The translations under genes were made by a program, and so were the position numbers. Below are positions 1 to 11,841 of a stretch of 64,000 bases of DNA, piece by piece. Every line of letters starts with the position of its first letter. Position 1 is the first letter of the stretch. The stretch spans positions 35,402,001 to 35,466,000 of the forward strand of contig NC_043006.1 in assembly GCF_006345805.1 (NCBI RefSeq), read 5' to 3'. This DNA is from Octopus sinensis. Lineage: Eukaryota. The notes beneath the pieces were generated by a model that was not told where the DNA came from, ran no database searches, and saw only the letters and a list, made by a program, of their open reading frames with translations.

Positions 1-1007
1 AAGAGTGCTTCAAATGTAAGCAGATTACTTTCTAGTCGTATGTAAACCTTTAAAATTGCTGAGGAACTTAAAGAAATTGGATAGGAATATTCTGTATGTA
101 TTTAGGAAATAGATTTAACACTATGAAAATGGTCAACTCAAAACGTAGACACATCAAAGCTTCAGGAGTGATATGACAATTTCAAAATTGTAATCTTTGA
201 TTAAAAGTATTTGATAGGTCAGTTATTGGATGTTGTGGCAAGTTCCACAAATCAAGGTAAACTGATATGAATTTTTTGCTACATTATAAAAACATATATG
301 GAGTGCTTAATCTGAACGTGGTAAGTTTTGTTAATTCAATAAAGATTTATGGCATCGAACATCTTGGAGAATTTCAGAAAATATCAATTTAACATTTTCT
401 CAAGGAAAATATGAGGCGATATTTTTTCAAGAAAAATTAACCTATACGTATTATACTATTAATCATAGCCATGCTGGGAAAACTAATTAATGAGCGATCT
501 TTCAGAAGCTACGCTGGAACGATTATCTGGTCCCCTTCTTGATTTACGAAAGGCAGAGATTTCAAGGTGTTGTAGCAGTAGTATGGGGGTGGCAAGTGTT
601 GTAATAGCGCGTCGCGACATCACTATTTGTTGGCGATACCCTGCTTTATGCGGATTACAACCGTGCCCTTACGCAGGCAGGCAGGGTGGCAGGCGACAAC
701 CCTCCAACCCTCCAACCCATGAGTTTGTTTGGGTAGGCGTTATTTTTTAGTCTGATTCTTTATTTACCTATAAAAGGCTAAATATAGATGCTTGACGTTT
801 TACAAAAACAAGAACAATACAAAGCATGACATAACACAAAGTCGGGGAACTAAAAATTACAAAAAGGAGATGAAAGAAGAAGGAAAAATAAAAGAAACGA
901 ATGATAATATGAAAGAGTGAATAATGCCCACTCGACCCCCGAAGTCGACTGGTTACATTTTTCCCAGTCTTTTCCCTTTTTCATTAAAAAGTCCACGTAT
1001 ATACCTT

Positions 1008-1122
1008 TTACTACGCAACGTGAAATAAGTGTTTTGCGTAAGGACACAACACGCTGCCGGTTGCAGGAATCGAACACACGACCTGGAGATAGTGAATGCA
1101 ATACCTTAACCAATACCCGCCT
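1008..1122 (-). mobile_element. tRNA-derived SINE family B, decayed 5' part
   Basis: Minus strand has B-box GTTCGATTCC then GTGTTGTGTCCTTACGCAAAACACTTATTTCACGTTGC, matching copies at 8023 and 33649. Confidence 0.7.
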
Positions 1123-1324
1123 TCATAGTGGATGCAGCGAAAATAAAGTTGAAATGAAAGTATTCTTTTTAGATTTTTATTCCACATCACCTAGTTATTT
1201 CTTTCTCTTTCTATATTTTCATTTCTTTCTAGCAAGTATTATTCGACTAAACTGGATTTAAAAGCGGCGCATCATTAAATGCAAATGTGTTTTGTAAAAG
1301 GAAAAGTTACTCTGATAAATATAC

Positions 1325-1900
1325 CAATCGATCTTCCTTTTGCATGAATATGTCTTCGATAAGGAATCCAAACTGTAGTTGATATGCTTCAGAGAGCAGA
1401 TGAACATGTTGCACGTGACATAATGTTATTTATCAAGATGATATATGTATTGGTGCTAAAGCTGTTGAAAATGTACATATCAAGGCAGATAAGATCATAA
1501 AAAGAGTGGAATGATCAGGCATGGTGATCAATCTAACTGGGTTTGTGTTAGTGATTGATAAATTGTTTTTTTGTCAGATATAGACAAACAAAGAATGAAT
1601 ATCACCAGATCAGCGTTTGGTAGTGAGAACTATAGATGTAAAACCAACCAAGGATGCATCCCAGTTAGGATCTGTTTTCAGATCTGTACATTTTTACAGG
1701 AAATAGATTAATCATTATTCAGACAAAAAACACCGCTGAATCACTCGTTGAACGTAGCGTTGAATTTTCTTCACGAGTCCAACAACAGAAGGCTTTTGTG
1801 TAAACTAAACTGCCCAGAGAATCAAAGCCAGTGATTCAAATTTAAGATGTCGTAAAAGACATTAAGTTGACCTTAAGTGGTGGAAATTAAAACACAATAT
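1325..1900 (+). mobile_element. Decayed Ty3/Gypsy LTR retrotransposon RT remnant
   Basis: 1425-1457 reads VIYQDDICIGA (YxDD at 1431-1442), followed by KRVE*SGMVIN and SPDQRLV. Many stops and frameshifts. Confidence 0.6.
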
Positions 1901-2157
1901 CATGAATATGTCCAATAAGACGTACATACTCTACTCTATTTCCCAAAAGTATGAACCATTGCTGAAAATGAAATACTTCAATATTAAATCACATATCTTG
2001 ACGTTTGTATGGTGCATTCGAAAAATACAGCTTATACTGCCGCGCTGATAACACAAAGGAACAATTTTGAACATTTGGTCTGTTGGGTTTGCTTTTCTAC
2101 TTGATCTAAATAAAAATCAGCTGAATCCACACCAACAATCAGTTTTCTGCTATCATA

Positions 2158-2513
2158 GGCGTAGGGGTGGCTGTGTGGTTAAGAAGCTTACTTACAAACC
2201 ACATGGTTCCAGGTTCAGTCCGTCTACGTGGCACCTTGGGCAAGTGTCTTCTACTATAGCCTCGGGACAACCAAAGCCTTGTGAGTGGATCTAGTTGACG
2301 GAAACTGAAAGAAGCCCGTTGTATGTGTATATTTGTGAATGTCTGTGTTTTGTTACTTTACCATCGCTTGACAACCCATGTTGGTGTGTTTACGCCCCCG
2401 TACCTTAGCGGCTTGGCAAAAGAGACCGATGGAATAAGTACTAGGCTTACAAAAATGAGTCTTCGGGTCGATTTGCTCGAAGCAAATGACTGAAACAAAT
2501 AAAAGAATAAAAA
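2158..2513 (+). mobile_element. tRNA-derived SINE family A (CORE-like)
   Basis: Head GGCGTAGGGGTGGCTGTGTGGTTAAG, central TTGGGCAAGTGTCTTCTACTATAGCC, A-rich tail; many near-identical copies in the window. Confidence 0.85.
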
Positions 2514-2564
2514 TGTATCCTTATTTTTCTCTCTTGCTTACTCTCTAAACAACTACAATGGTAT

Positions 2565-2697
2565 TGTTCTGTATGTAAGAGATGAGGAATTATGTACATT
2601 ATTTACATTATTTACATTTGACAGATATTTGTCCTCATCTTGTTTGTTGTTAACACAACGTTTCGGCTGATATACCCTCCAGCCTTCATCAGGTGTC
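2565..2697 (-). mobile_element. Inverted partial copy (HHR plus tail) of the tRNA-HHR element
   Basis: Reverse complement matches 4454-4558 and 35612-35736. Confidence 0.9.
2652..2697 (-). ncRNA. Minimal type I hammerhead ribozyme, family 1 (best-preserved copy)
   Basis: Minus strand: GACAC CUGAUGA A GGCUG gaggguauau CAGCC GAAAC GUU / GUGUU. Stem I 5 bp, stem II 5 bp, palindromic AACGUU stem III. Confidence 0.75.
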
Positions 2698-2707
2698 AGT
2701 AGCTCAC

Positions 2708-2778
2708 GGAGATATGGCGTAGTAGTTAAGAGCGCAGATTACTAACCCCAAGATTCCGAGTTCGATTCCAGGCACTGA

Positions 2779-2782
<4 letters not shown>
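2708..2782 (+). mobile_element. tRNA-like Pol III head of the tRNA-HHR element, copy 1
   Basis: A-box TGGCGTAGTAG 2715-2725, B-box GTTCGATTC 2760-2768; homologous to 35471-35544. Confidence 0.8.

Positions 2783-2869
<87 letters not shown>
2783..2869 (+). repeat. (TAA)n microsatellite
   Basis: Direct reading; left flank of the R4/Dong insertion. Confidence 0.98.
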
Positions 2870-2871
<2 letters not shown>

Positions 2872-4291
2872 ACTAGATAAGACACAGCACACACAAATGA
2901 AAGAGAAAATAAAAAAGAATATTATAGACGAGTTAGATCAATACTAAAAACAGAGCTCAATGCTAAAAACAAGATAATAGGTATCAACACTTTAGCTGTC
3001 CCAGTTATAAGTTACAGCTACAATATCCTTAACTGGACACGAACTGAACTGTCCAAAATAGATAGGAAAACAAGAAAAATACTGACAGGATCTAGGATGC
3101 ATCACCGAAAATCTGACATAGAAAGACTATATATACAACGTATAGAAGGTGGTAGAGGCCTTATACAGCTGGAAAACTACTATAAAATAACCACTATAGG
3201 ACTGCAAAAATACCTACTTCAGAAGGAAGTAAAACTGATCCAGATAGCAGCAAAACACGAGCAAAACAAAAAACTGTTCTCAGTATTTAAGGAAGCTGAC
3301 AAATACAAACAAGAAATCATACCACCTAATAAACACAAAGAAGAAGAAGATGATGAAGAAACAACAAAAGCTATAAAACAAATGAAATCCAAACTAAAAA
3401 TAGAACAGCAACGAGCCATGATAAGACGATGGCAAGAAAAGCCCCTTCATGGTAAATACTGCACTAAACTAAACGCAAAAGAAATAGACAAAGAAAAATT
3501 CCAGCAATGGTTGAGAAGCTCAGGACTCAAAGCAGAAACAGAGGGATTTTTAATTGCAGCACAAGACCAAAGCCTCCCCACCAGAAATTACCAAAAACAT
3601 GTAATGAAAAGAAATATTACAAGTAACTGCAGAATATGTGGAGATGGACAAGAAACAATAAATCATATTATCTCTAGCTGCCCAGTCCTGGCTAAGAAGT
3701 AATATATTCACAGACATGACAGAGTTGGAACCTACATACATTGGAAGCTATGCCAACATTATGGAATAACAACAGAAAAAAGATGGTATAGGCACACACC
3801 AGAAAAGGTCACAGAAAACGAGAAAGCAACCATACTCTGGGATATGCCGATACACACAGATAGAGAAATTAAGGCCAACAGACCAGATATAGTTGTCAGA
3901 GATCATGAAGAAAAAAAATGCTTTCTAATTGATGTATCAATACCGGCAGATGACAACGCGTCTCTAAAAGAAATGGAGAAACTCTCAAAATACAAAGACC
4001 TGGAAATAGAGGTAACTAGAATGTGGAACCTGAAAACAGAAACAATTCCTATCATAGTAGGTGCATTAGGCATGATAAAAAAATATTCAGACAAATACAT
4101 AACAAAAACACCAGGACTTACAAACACATATAACATACAGAAAATTGCACTACTAGGCACTGCACACATCCTACGCAGAACACTTTCCATACAATAACCA
4201 TCAGAGCATCACAACAAATCACAGCACATACCCAAGGCACACAGAGCTGCGCTCGGTAGTGAAGTGAAAGCACGCTATAAAAATAAAACTA

Positions 4292-4294
<3 letters not shown>
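2869..4294 (+). mobile_element. 5'-truncated R4/Dong-clade non-LTR retrotransposon (RT C-terminus, CCHC knuckle, RLE endonuclease, 3' UTR)
   Basis: KEYYRRVRSILKTELNAKNK, LKAETEGFLIAAQDQSL, CRICGDGQETINHIISSC, RPDIVV...LIDVSIP, KIALLGTAHILRRTL. One frameshift near 2916 and one in-frame stop at 3700-3702; flanked by (TAA)n. Confidence 0.93.
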
Positions 4295-4374
<80 letters not shown>

Positions 4375-4404
4375 TAATAATAATAATAACAACAACAACA
4401 ACAA
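4295..4404 (+). repeat. (TAA)n/(CAA)n microsatellite
   Basis: Direct reading; LINE tail and remainder of the target repeat. Confidence 0.97.
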
Positions 4405-4558
4405 CATCGAAAAATACCTTAGGAATGAGAACCCAGGTTCGAAATTTCCCCAAGACCCCTGATGAAGGCTGGAGGGGTATAGCAGCCGAAACGTTGTGCT
4501 AACAGCAATCAAGATGAGGACAAATATCCGTCAAATGTAAATAATATAAATAATGTAC
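4405..4558 (+). mobile_element. 3' body (HHR plus tail) of the tRNA-HHR element, copy 1
   Basis: CATCGAAAAATACCTTAGGAATGAGAACCC...CCTGATGAAGGCTGG...CAGCCGAAACGTTG, colinear with 35543-35736. HHR core intact at 4454-4500 but stem I has mismatches. Confidence 0.9.
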
Positions 4559-4599
4559 CATTGTATTGTTTATCCATAAATAATATGACTGGTCATTTC

Positions 4600-5920
4600 A
4601 TTTATTTTTTGTTGATAATTGTCAAAATCGTAATTAAAACGGAGCTGATATCAGCTAAACGGTTCATCAAAAGTAACATGTACTCATATTTTAAGACGAG
4701 CCTCTCAAATGATTACATTTGATTATAAAATATCTTATGTAAAAGAACTTTAAGCCCTATACATTGTTAAATTTTCGAGATTGAATTTTTTTTGATAATA
4801 TTGTTTTAGATAAGTTGGATAAAGATGGCGATGTTTCTTTTATCAGTCGACTTCAAAATATAAGCTTGGAAACGAGCATTAGTAATATTTTATCGGGTAT
4901 ATTAAAAAGGAAGTTTATGAAATTGAAGTAATGATTCTACCCTTAAATGGCATTGAAACTATTGGTCAAATCAATTAATATTTCAAGATGGTATTTTGTA
5001 GGATGAAGAATGAATTAGTTGCTTTACCAAAATATTTGACATTTTGGTAGATGAGAATTATAACAAACATTGGGGCTCGACAGCAACAAAGAATTTGTTA
5101 AAATTTGAGACTGTATCCAGACGACTTTTTAAGATGACATCCGATATACGCTCGAATTAAACCGGTATCACTTTATAACCATATTATGCATGCCGCCCTA
5201 AAGATGTTCAACTAGATTTTACAACGAAAACTTAAGATTGGTATTAACATTTGATACAACTTCCGAATGGCCAGAATTAATTAGAGTTTCGAAAAAACAT
5301 TAAAAAATAGTAATGATGAGAAATGATCTTCGAGAAACCTTAGCATCTGAAATGACTGTGGTTCATATGGAATGGTTCAATCAGTGTATATTTAAACCGT
5401 ATAATTTTGAGTTACCAGGCAATCCCTCGGTCAGTAATACTTATTCGTTACTCTATTTTAATGGCTAAGCAATTACGATCATGTTAACATTAAGAGAGAT
5501 ATTGTTAACAGACAAAATGCAGAATTAGTCCCTAAAGCTTTGAATGATGCTCCAGACTATATTACTAAAGATCGTAATTTGATAACTGATACAGGAACAA
5601 ACAGCATAAAAGTTGCCAGGCACATTTCTCGAATATCGAAGGGAATAAAACCAATTTGTTTCCGTAAGATGTGATATCAGTATGCGAATATTATAACAGC
5701 TATTAAATGCGTTTCACATTCTCATTAAGGAGATTTAAATTGGCTATCGACTCGATAAGAGAATTTGGCTCGGATCGAAAAAAGACTTTATATAAAATTC
5801 TTCATGACACAGCAGTAAGGATGATGGAAGTCTAGCGTAGTCCAAGAAAAATGGTTGTGCAATTTCTTGTTCAATAGCCTGCACAAATGACATGTTTTAT
5901 AGCGGCCAAGTGTTTGTACA
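4600..5920 (+). pseudogene. Unidentified decayed coding-like sequence
   Basis: Protein-like runs broken by stops and frameshifts: FDNIVLDKLDKDGDVSFISRLQNISLETSISNILSGILK, EVYEIEVMILPLNGIETIGQIN, HVNIKRDIVNRQNAELVPKALNDAPDYITKDR, KILHDTAVRMME. Family not recognised. Confidence 0.35.
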
Positions 5921-6346
5921 GAACATTAGCTCACTCCATCCATCAAATCGACGTTATCTGAAGAGGTGCACGGTATAACAGATGTCAGGTGTTGACGTGA
6001 TCGCAGATTAACATGAGACGAAGTGTTTTGTTCGAGAACATATGCACCATCAGGTCCAGGAATTGAAATTGCGGTATCCCGATCGTGATAGCAACATCTT
6101 AACCAATCGGTCATGTAGTCTTGTGTTATTTGGAGGACGTATTTGATTTGTCAATGGTTTCAATGCCATTTAACTGTAGAATCATTACTTCAATTTTATA
6201 AACTTCCTTTTTAATATACCCGATAAAATACTACTAATGCTCGTTTCCAAGCTTATATTTTGAAGTCGACTGATAAAAGAAACATCACCATCTTTATCCA
6301 GCTTACCTAAAAGAATATTATTTAAAACATTTCAATCGCGAAAATT
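4770..6346. repeat. Inverted repeat pair, arms 4770-4974 and 6143-6346
   Basis: About 205-bp arms, highly similar by eye, spacer about 1.17 kb. Confidence 0.9.
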
Positions 6347-6519
6347 GGTGTATTTGAAGAGTTACCAAGCTCAAACCTTCGTCAATAAACTTCTTTCAAG
6401 TTTCAAGCGTTTGAAGTTTTCTGTAGTAAAATGCATTCGTTAAAAAATCTACAAATATAGCAATTTACTGCCAAAGTCAGTTCTCCCGAACTCTAAAAAA
6501 AAATCTATCGAATGCTACA

Positions 6520-6720
6520 TAACTGAAGTGTCCACGTACATGGTGTTGATCATTGTTTACAAAGTTCATTTAAAGTGTTATGGGAACATGCAGTGCTGTA
6601 AAATGGTGAAGTAATTTTCACCTGTAATATTTCCATTAAGAAAATTGGTTCGTACAATCTTGCTGACAACAACACTAAAATCGAGTGACATTTACCATTT
6701 ATTTCTATGAGGGGTTCACT
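6520..6720 (-). mobile_element. Decayed Tc1/mariner transposase fragment
   Basis: Minus strand LSARLYEPIF then FLNGNITGENYFTILQHCMFP resembles the DDE/D region (GPFFFxGxVTGxxYLxML). Confidence 0.4.
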
Positions 6721-7514
6721 GTTTCAAATTATACAAGCGTGATGATTAAAACGCTACATGAGACAATTGTTACTTCATAGGAGAAAAATATGCTACTGAA
6801 AATTTCAGCGCAATGTCTGAATTTTTCAAGCAATGTTGCTGGTTTATCCACACGTGCTGCTTTATCGTTATAACATTCTTGCGTCATGAACAGTTTATAT
6901 AAAAATAGCATTTTTTGTTTCTTGTGATTTTATAGCTGTGTGGCAGTTTACGTCTTGTACCAGAAAGCCTCGAAGAAAAGAAAATGATATTTACCTCTTG
7001 TAATTTTAATCATCCCAAACACCGGTTTCCTGATTCAGTTACGTAATGTACGCTACCAATGGCTTGAAGCTTATTGAATGTCGACACTATCTTTACATTT
7101 GGTTTATTCGGCCATTTTGATCTTGTATCTCTCTTGTAAAAAACTAGTATGATTACGCATTTCGCTCTCAGCAAAAAAAACTTTTGACACGTTCCTAGGC
7201 AGTGTAAAACATTTTTAAATCTGCGATCGCATTATCTATAAACAAATAAACTACAAAAAGGTAAATCAAGGTGTTAGAAAACTTATTGTTTGATTTGTTA
7301 TTAAAAAGCGTTTTCTTATTTTCTTTTACTTACGCCATATTTCTTTTATTCTATTTTGGCTTCAAATCTTGTTACTAAACTCCTGTACTCGGGCATAGTA
7401 TTTTCTGTGTCTGTCTGCCTGTCTATCTGTCTCTCTCTCCCTCTCTCTCTCCCTCTACCTTACATACATAAAGTCACTCACACAAATCTATATACATTAT
7501 ATATATATATATAT

Positions 7515-7676
7515 ATATTACATTATATATAAGGGCTTAGTAAAATAAATTACTTTGCCACATACTGAACTCATTAGAAATAGCAGCTAAAGAAATTTCT
7601 TTAGCTGCTATTTCTAATGAGTTCAGTATGTGGCAAAGTAATTTATTTTACTAAGCCCTTATATATAATGTAATAT
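7515..7676. repeat. Perfect 162-bp palindrome with no spacer, part of an unclassified repeat running to about 7752
   Basis: Centre AGAAA/TTTCT between 7595 and 7596; arms match base for base by eye; same family at 14791-15030 and 54965-55300. Confidence 0.92.
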
Positions 7677-7798
7677 TTTGAATTCGCCTAAAATGGTCCC
7701 TTTACATACTGAATACTTGGTGAAATTGATTAATAATTAATTAATTTTACCCTCAATTGTTGAATATATATATATATTATATATATATACATATATTT

Positions 7799-7848
<50 letters not shown>

Positions 7849-7937
7849 TTTGCTACTGGTGCTGTTACTATGGAGTGTTTTCTATACGGAGAATATTTGG
7901 ATCTCATCTATCGACTACGTATATATATATATTTACA

Positions 7938-8487
7938 TACACGAAAGGGTGCTGAAAAGTTCCTCACTTCGGTAACAGAAAATACAGGATGATCAGTTAA
8001 TAATGATTTTATCCAATATATTCTCAGTGGTTAGAGCGTCGATCTTACGATCGACAGGTTGTGAATTGGAATCCCGGACCGGGCTGCGTGTTGTGTTCTT
8101 GAGCAAGACACTTTATTTCACATTGCTCCAGTTCACTCACCTGTAGAAATAAGTTGCAACGTCCTAGGTGCCAAGCTGTATCGGGCCCTTTGCCTTTCCA
8201 TTGGATAACATCGGTGGCGTGAAGAAGATAGGCTGATATGCATGGGCTACTGTCGGTCTTCTATAAACAACCTTGCCCGGACTTGTGCATGGGAGGGTAA
8301 CTTTCTAGGTGCAACCCCAGGATCATTCATTACCGAAGGGGGTCTCAGAATTCCCCTCCCAGATTTACACACATGTATAGCAGTTGCCTTTTAATTTTTA
8401 AGCCCTTTAGAAGAACTCAGAAGTTTGGTACTCCAGCCAGGCCTTTCGCGACACCATTAAAGCCAGGAATATCTATGGATGCATTAC
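7938..8487. mobile_element. Mariner-type non-autonomous element split by a SINE
   Basis: Left end GGGTGCTGAAAAGTTCC resembles a mariner TIR; decayed right end AAAGCCAGGAA; SINE at 8023-8346 interrupts it. Confidence 0.5.
8023..8346 (+). mobile_element. tRNA-derived SINE family B
   Basis: CAGTGGTTAGAGCG head, TTCTTGAGCAAGACACTTTATTTCACATTGCTCCAG core. Confidence 0.8.
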
Positions 8488-9540
8488 TGTGTTTCTAACG
8501 TCTTGATCACTGATAGTTGTCAGACATTAGTTTCGTAAAGCGATCTCAGAACAAAATTGCCAGTAGGTTATGGCATAAGAAGGTTACTACCCGAAGTTTA
8601 GAAATTAGGTTTTGTAATTCGAATCTGATTGGTTACTTTGTACATAGTCACGAAGAAGGCACGTGGTAACGATTGGATTTCAAACCATAAGCGTAACAGA
8701 AAGCGCAGAATTTATTGGTAATCGCAAAGGAGGGCAAAGTAACGGACCATGCAAAGTGGAATGGCTATGCAACCTAATTAGTCAACTGTGAAGAATAGAA
8801 GGGATCGGTTAAAAACATCAAAAGAGAAAATAGATCATCTAACCAATCATTTGATCGCCTGGTGAAGTGCAGATTGCAGGTCAACAAGTGGTAGTGTTTA
8901 GAAAGAAAGTCAGAGATGAAAGCGGATGATACATTTTCATGAATAACACGAAAACGCAGTATTGCAGTATCTCAGTGCACATAAGTTCACAAAGCAACCG
9001 TTTCCATGTTTGATATATTCTTTTTTCTAACATTAATAGTTCTTCCGGGGGTTGAACTTTCACAACACCGTTTTCAATTGTTATCATATCTCTGTGCTTT
9101 ATCAGGTCATTTTTGTTTGTCGACAGCTGGCGGGTTCCACCTCCAGCCGCCGACGCAAAACATTTTTATTTATATTGTTCTGCTTGAAGGCTTCTCATAT
9201 TAATATTCCTCTTTGCAAAAGTACACATTTATGGTTGGGAAAATTCACTTTCAGAAGAATTCGAAATATCGCCAAATATTAAACTTTGAATCTTTTTTGC
9301 CTCCCTGTCGGTTGAGGACACTGCGCCAGACGAAGTTATACTTTTAGGCATCTTGCCAGCAATTAATTTTTCCCCCACAGGGGAAAACACACGATAGTTT
9401 TCGACCGAAGTCTATCACACAAATAATTATAACAGAAACAATAATTATAACAGGAAATAACACAAAAGCAGTTAAGAAAAACTTGCACTTACTATACAGA
9501 CGCATCCCACTAATAGTTACCAATAAATCCAAACTCCCAC

Positions 9541-9600
9541 AAACGAAATACCACTAAGCATTTTGCCCGGCGTACCAACGCTTCTGCCGGCTCACCGCCT
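9541..9600 (-). mobile_element. SINE family C head fragment
   Basis: Minus strand GGCGGTGAGCCGGCAGAAGCGTTGGTACGCCGGGCAAAATGCTTAG matches the head at 52914. Confidence 0.7.
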
Positions 9601-10601
9601 AGGCCATCATATATATTAATTTGCTTTGAATTTATCTGATTTTTATACTTGAAAAGATATAGAAAATAGAACGATGGGATGGTCCGAAGTTAATTGCCTT
9701 TGATCATGCGCCTGCTCAATCAAGTTGGACTTGAGCTAAGACAACAACATCAAGAAAAATAATTATACTATCTAGGATAGGCTGTAAGTGAAAATGAATA
9801 TAGGAACGAACGAATGAGAAAATATATCTTGGAATTAAAACATATATATGTATAGTATTAAATGCAGTAATAATCTGGTATTCGATTTATTTTGGTCAAC
9901 AACCTTTCCTTAAAAACATTGACGTTTTAGGTAAATGAAAGACGCGCATCGATAGGAGACTTTAAATGAGAATTTCATTCTATTGCTACTACAAATGAAT
10001 AGGCGGTACACAGAGAAAGAACAGAAGAATAAAATGAACGAATAGAAGCATCTATGAGATAATTAATTAAAGCAGTGCAATCAATTAATGAACGATTGAT
10101 TACTTTTGAAATATCGAACGTTGCTTCGAGATTTTCCCGAGAAATAATTTCAATAACAGAACATTGTTAGGATTACCGTTTAAAAAAGAAACGAGGTCAA
10201 CCAATATTCAATGTAATACGTACTTGTACGCACACACTCACACACACACGCACGCATCACCCACGCACGTATATGTATATACATATTTATATATATAGAT
10301 GTGACTGAGTGTATTTCTGAAAGCATAAGCATATCACACTCTGTGATGTGTGTTTCCTTATCAGCACGCTTCCATCCATCTGTTTGCGTTTATTCATATA
10401 CAACTTAAATTTTATAATCACACATTCCTTCCATCAATTTTGTTTTAAATTTCATTATTTACACTCAGGAATACAGAAACACACGCACACACACACACAC
10501 AAAGTCGCGTAGAGACACATCTGCATATATAAAGAAACACACACAAATACACAAATATATATATGTATATATATATGTGTATATATATGTATATACATAT
10601 G

Positions 10602-10654
<53 letters not shown>

Positions 10655-10899
10655 AAACTTGCAGTTTACCAGAGACTCCCATTGCGATTACTTAGAATTT
10701 CGTAGACAGGTGTGTACATGTCTGTAAAACTCTGACAAATGACCATGGGGGTTATCAAACTTTTACTATATTATTTATAGACCTAGCATGGCGTACTGGG
10801 ATTCTTCATAATTGTCAGTACACCTGTATATCATTGTAGATTCACGCACACACATATGTATATATGTATGCAAGCATGTATATACGTATATATTATATA

Positions 10900-10983
<84 letters not shown>

Positions 10984-11131
10984 CATGTATAATATATATA
11001 CATATATACATACGTATATGTACATACTTACATCAATACATATATATATATATATATGGGTAGGGCACAGGACATCATCGAACAACGAATGATACAATGA
11101 AAACAAAACAAACAACGTAAAGAATGACCCT

Positions 11132-11720
11132 TCAAAATTGGTAACACAAACAGGACAGTTAAAACAAAGAGGAACGGCTGCTAAACCTAAACGAGTTTGT
11201 GGTGTTGACCGCGTATATCAAGCTTGGACAGGAGATAGACAGGAACACGTCTTTTTGTTCCAGCTACAACGGAGCGAAAGGAAGAAGCACAAGTTAGGAG
11301 AAGAAAAGAAGATGGCCGATCGTCACGAGAGCAACGTGAACAAGGAAGGAGTAGAGAGGGAAAGAGAGTGACGGAGTAATAGGATAAAATAGTGGGAGAA
11401 GAGGAGGTAAAGGAAAGAATAAGAGAAAGAAAGTAAGAAAAACGAAAGAGTAAAAAGATCGTATAGAGTGCGCTTCAGAATTATTAAGATAAAATTTACT
11501 TGGAAGAGGATGCTTGGCGTTCAATAATATAATAATATAAATAATATATATACATTGCTCCCGCAAAGCAAATTAAATAAAATTTGGGATTTTGCGGAGG
11601 GTCAAAATTGGTAACACAAACAGGACAGCGAAAACAAACAGGACAAACAGAACAAGCAACATAAGGAACGAACCTTCATCAGTTGTTGGCTGTTTTTCTC
11701 CTACCGTATTTCGAGCATAT
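11132..11720. repeat. Unclassified element with an exact 27-bp direct repeat (11132-11158, 11602-11628)
   Basis: TCAAAATTGGTAACACAAACAGGACAG occurs twice, 470 bp apart. Confidence 0.6.
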
Positions 11721-11744
11721 ATATATACATACACACCTACATAA

Positions 11745-11832
<88 letters not shown>
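11745..11832 (+). repeat. (TG)n microsatellite
   Basis: Direct reading. Confidence 0.97.

Positions 11833-11841
<9 letters not shown>

Noticed and set aside
2708-2782. Possible functional tRNA gene (also 35471-35544)
   Set aside because: No acceptor stem pairing could be drawn, the copies differ at many sites, and both are fused to the same repeat body.
7695-7752. CUGAAUA...GAAA in the palindrome family tail
   Set aside because: G8 is absent and no stems form; the other two copies do not restore a core.
11660-11720. Minus-strand CUGAUGAAGG...CCUU hairpin with an upstream GAAA (type II hammerhead?)
   Set aside because: No GAAA after stem II, and the upstream GAAAUACGGUA gives no convincing stems I or III.
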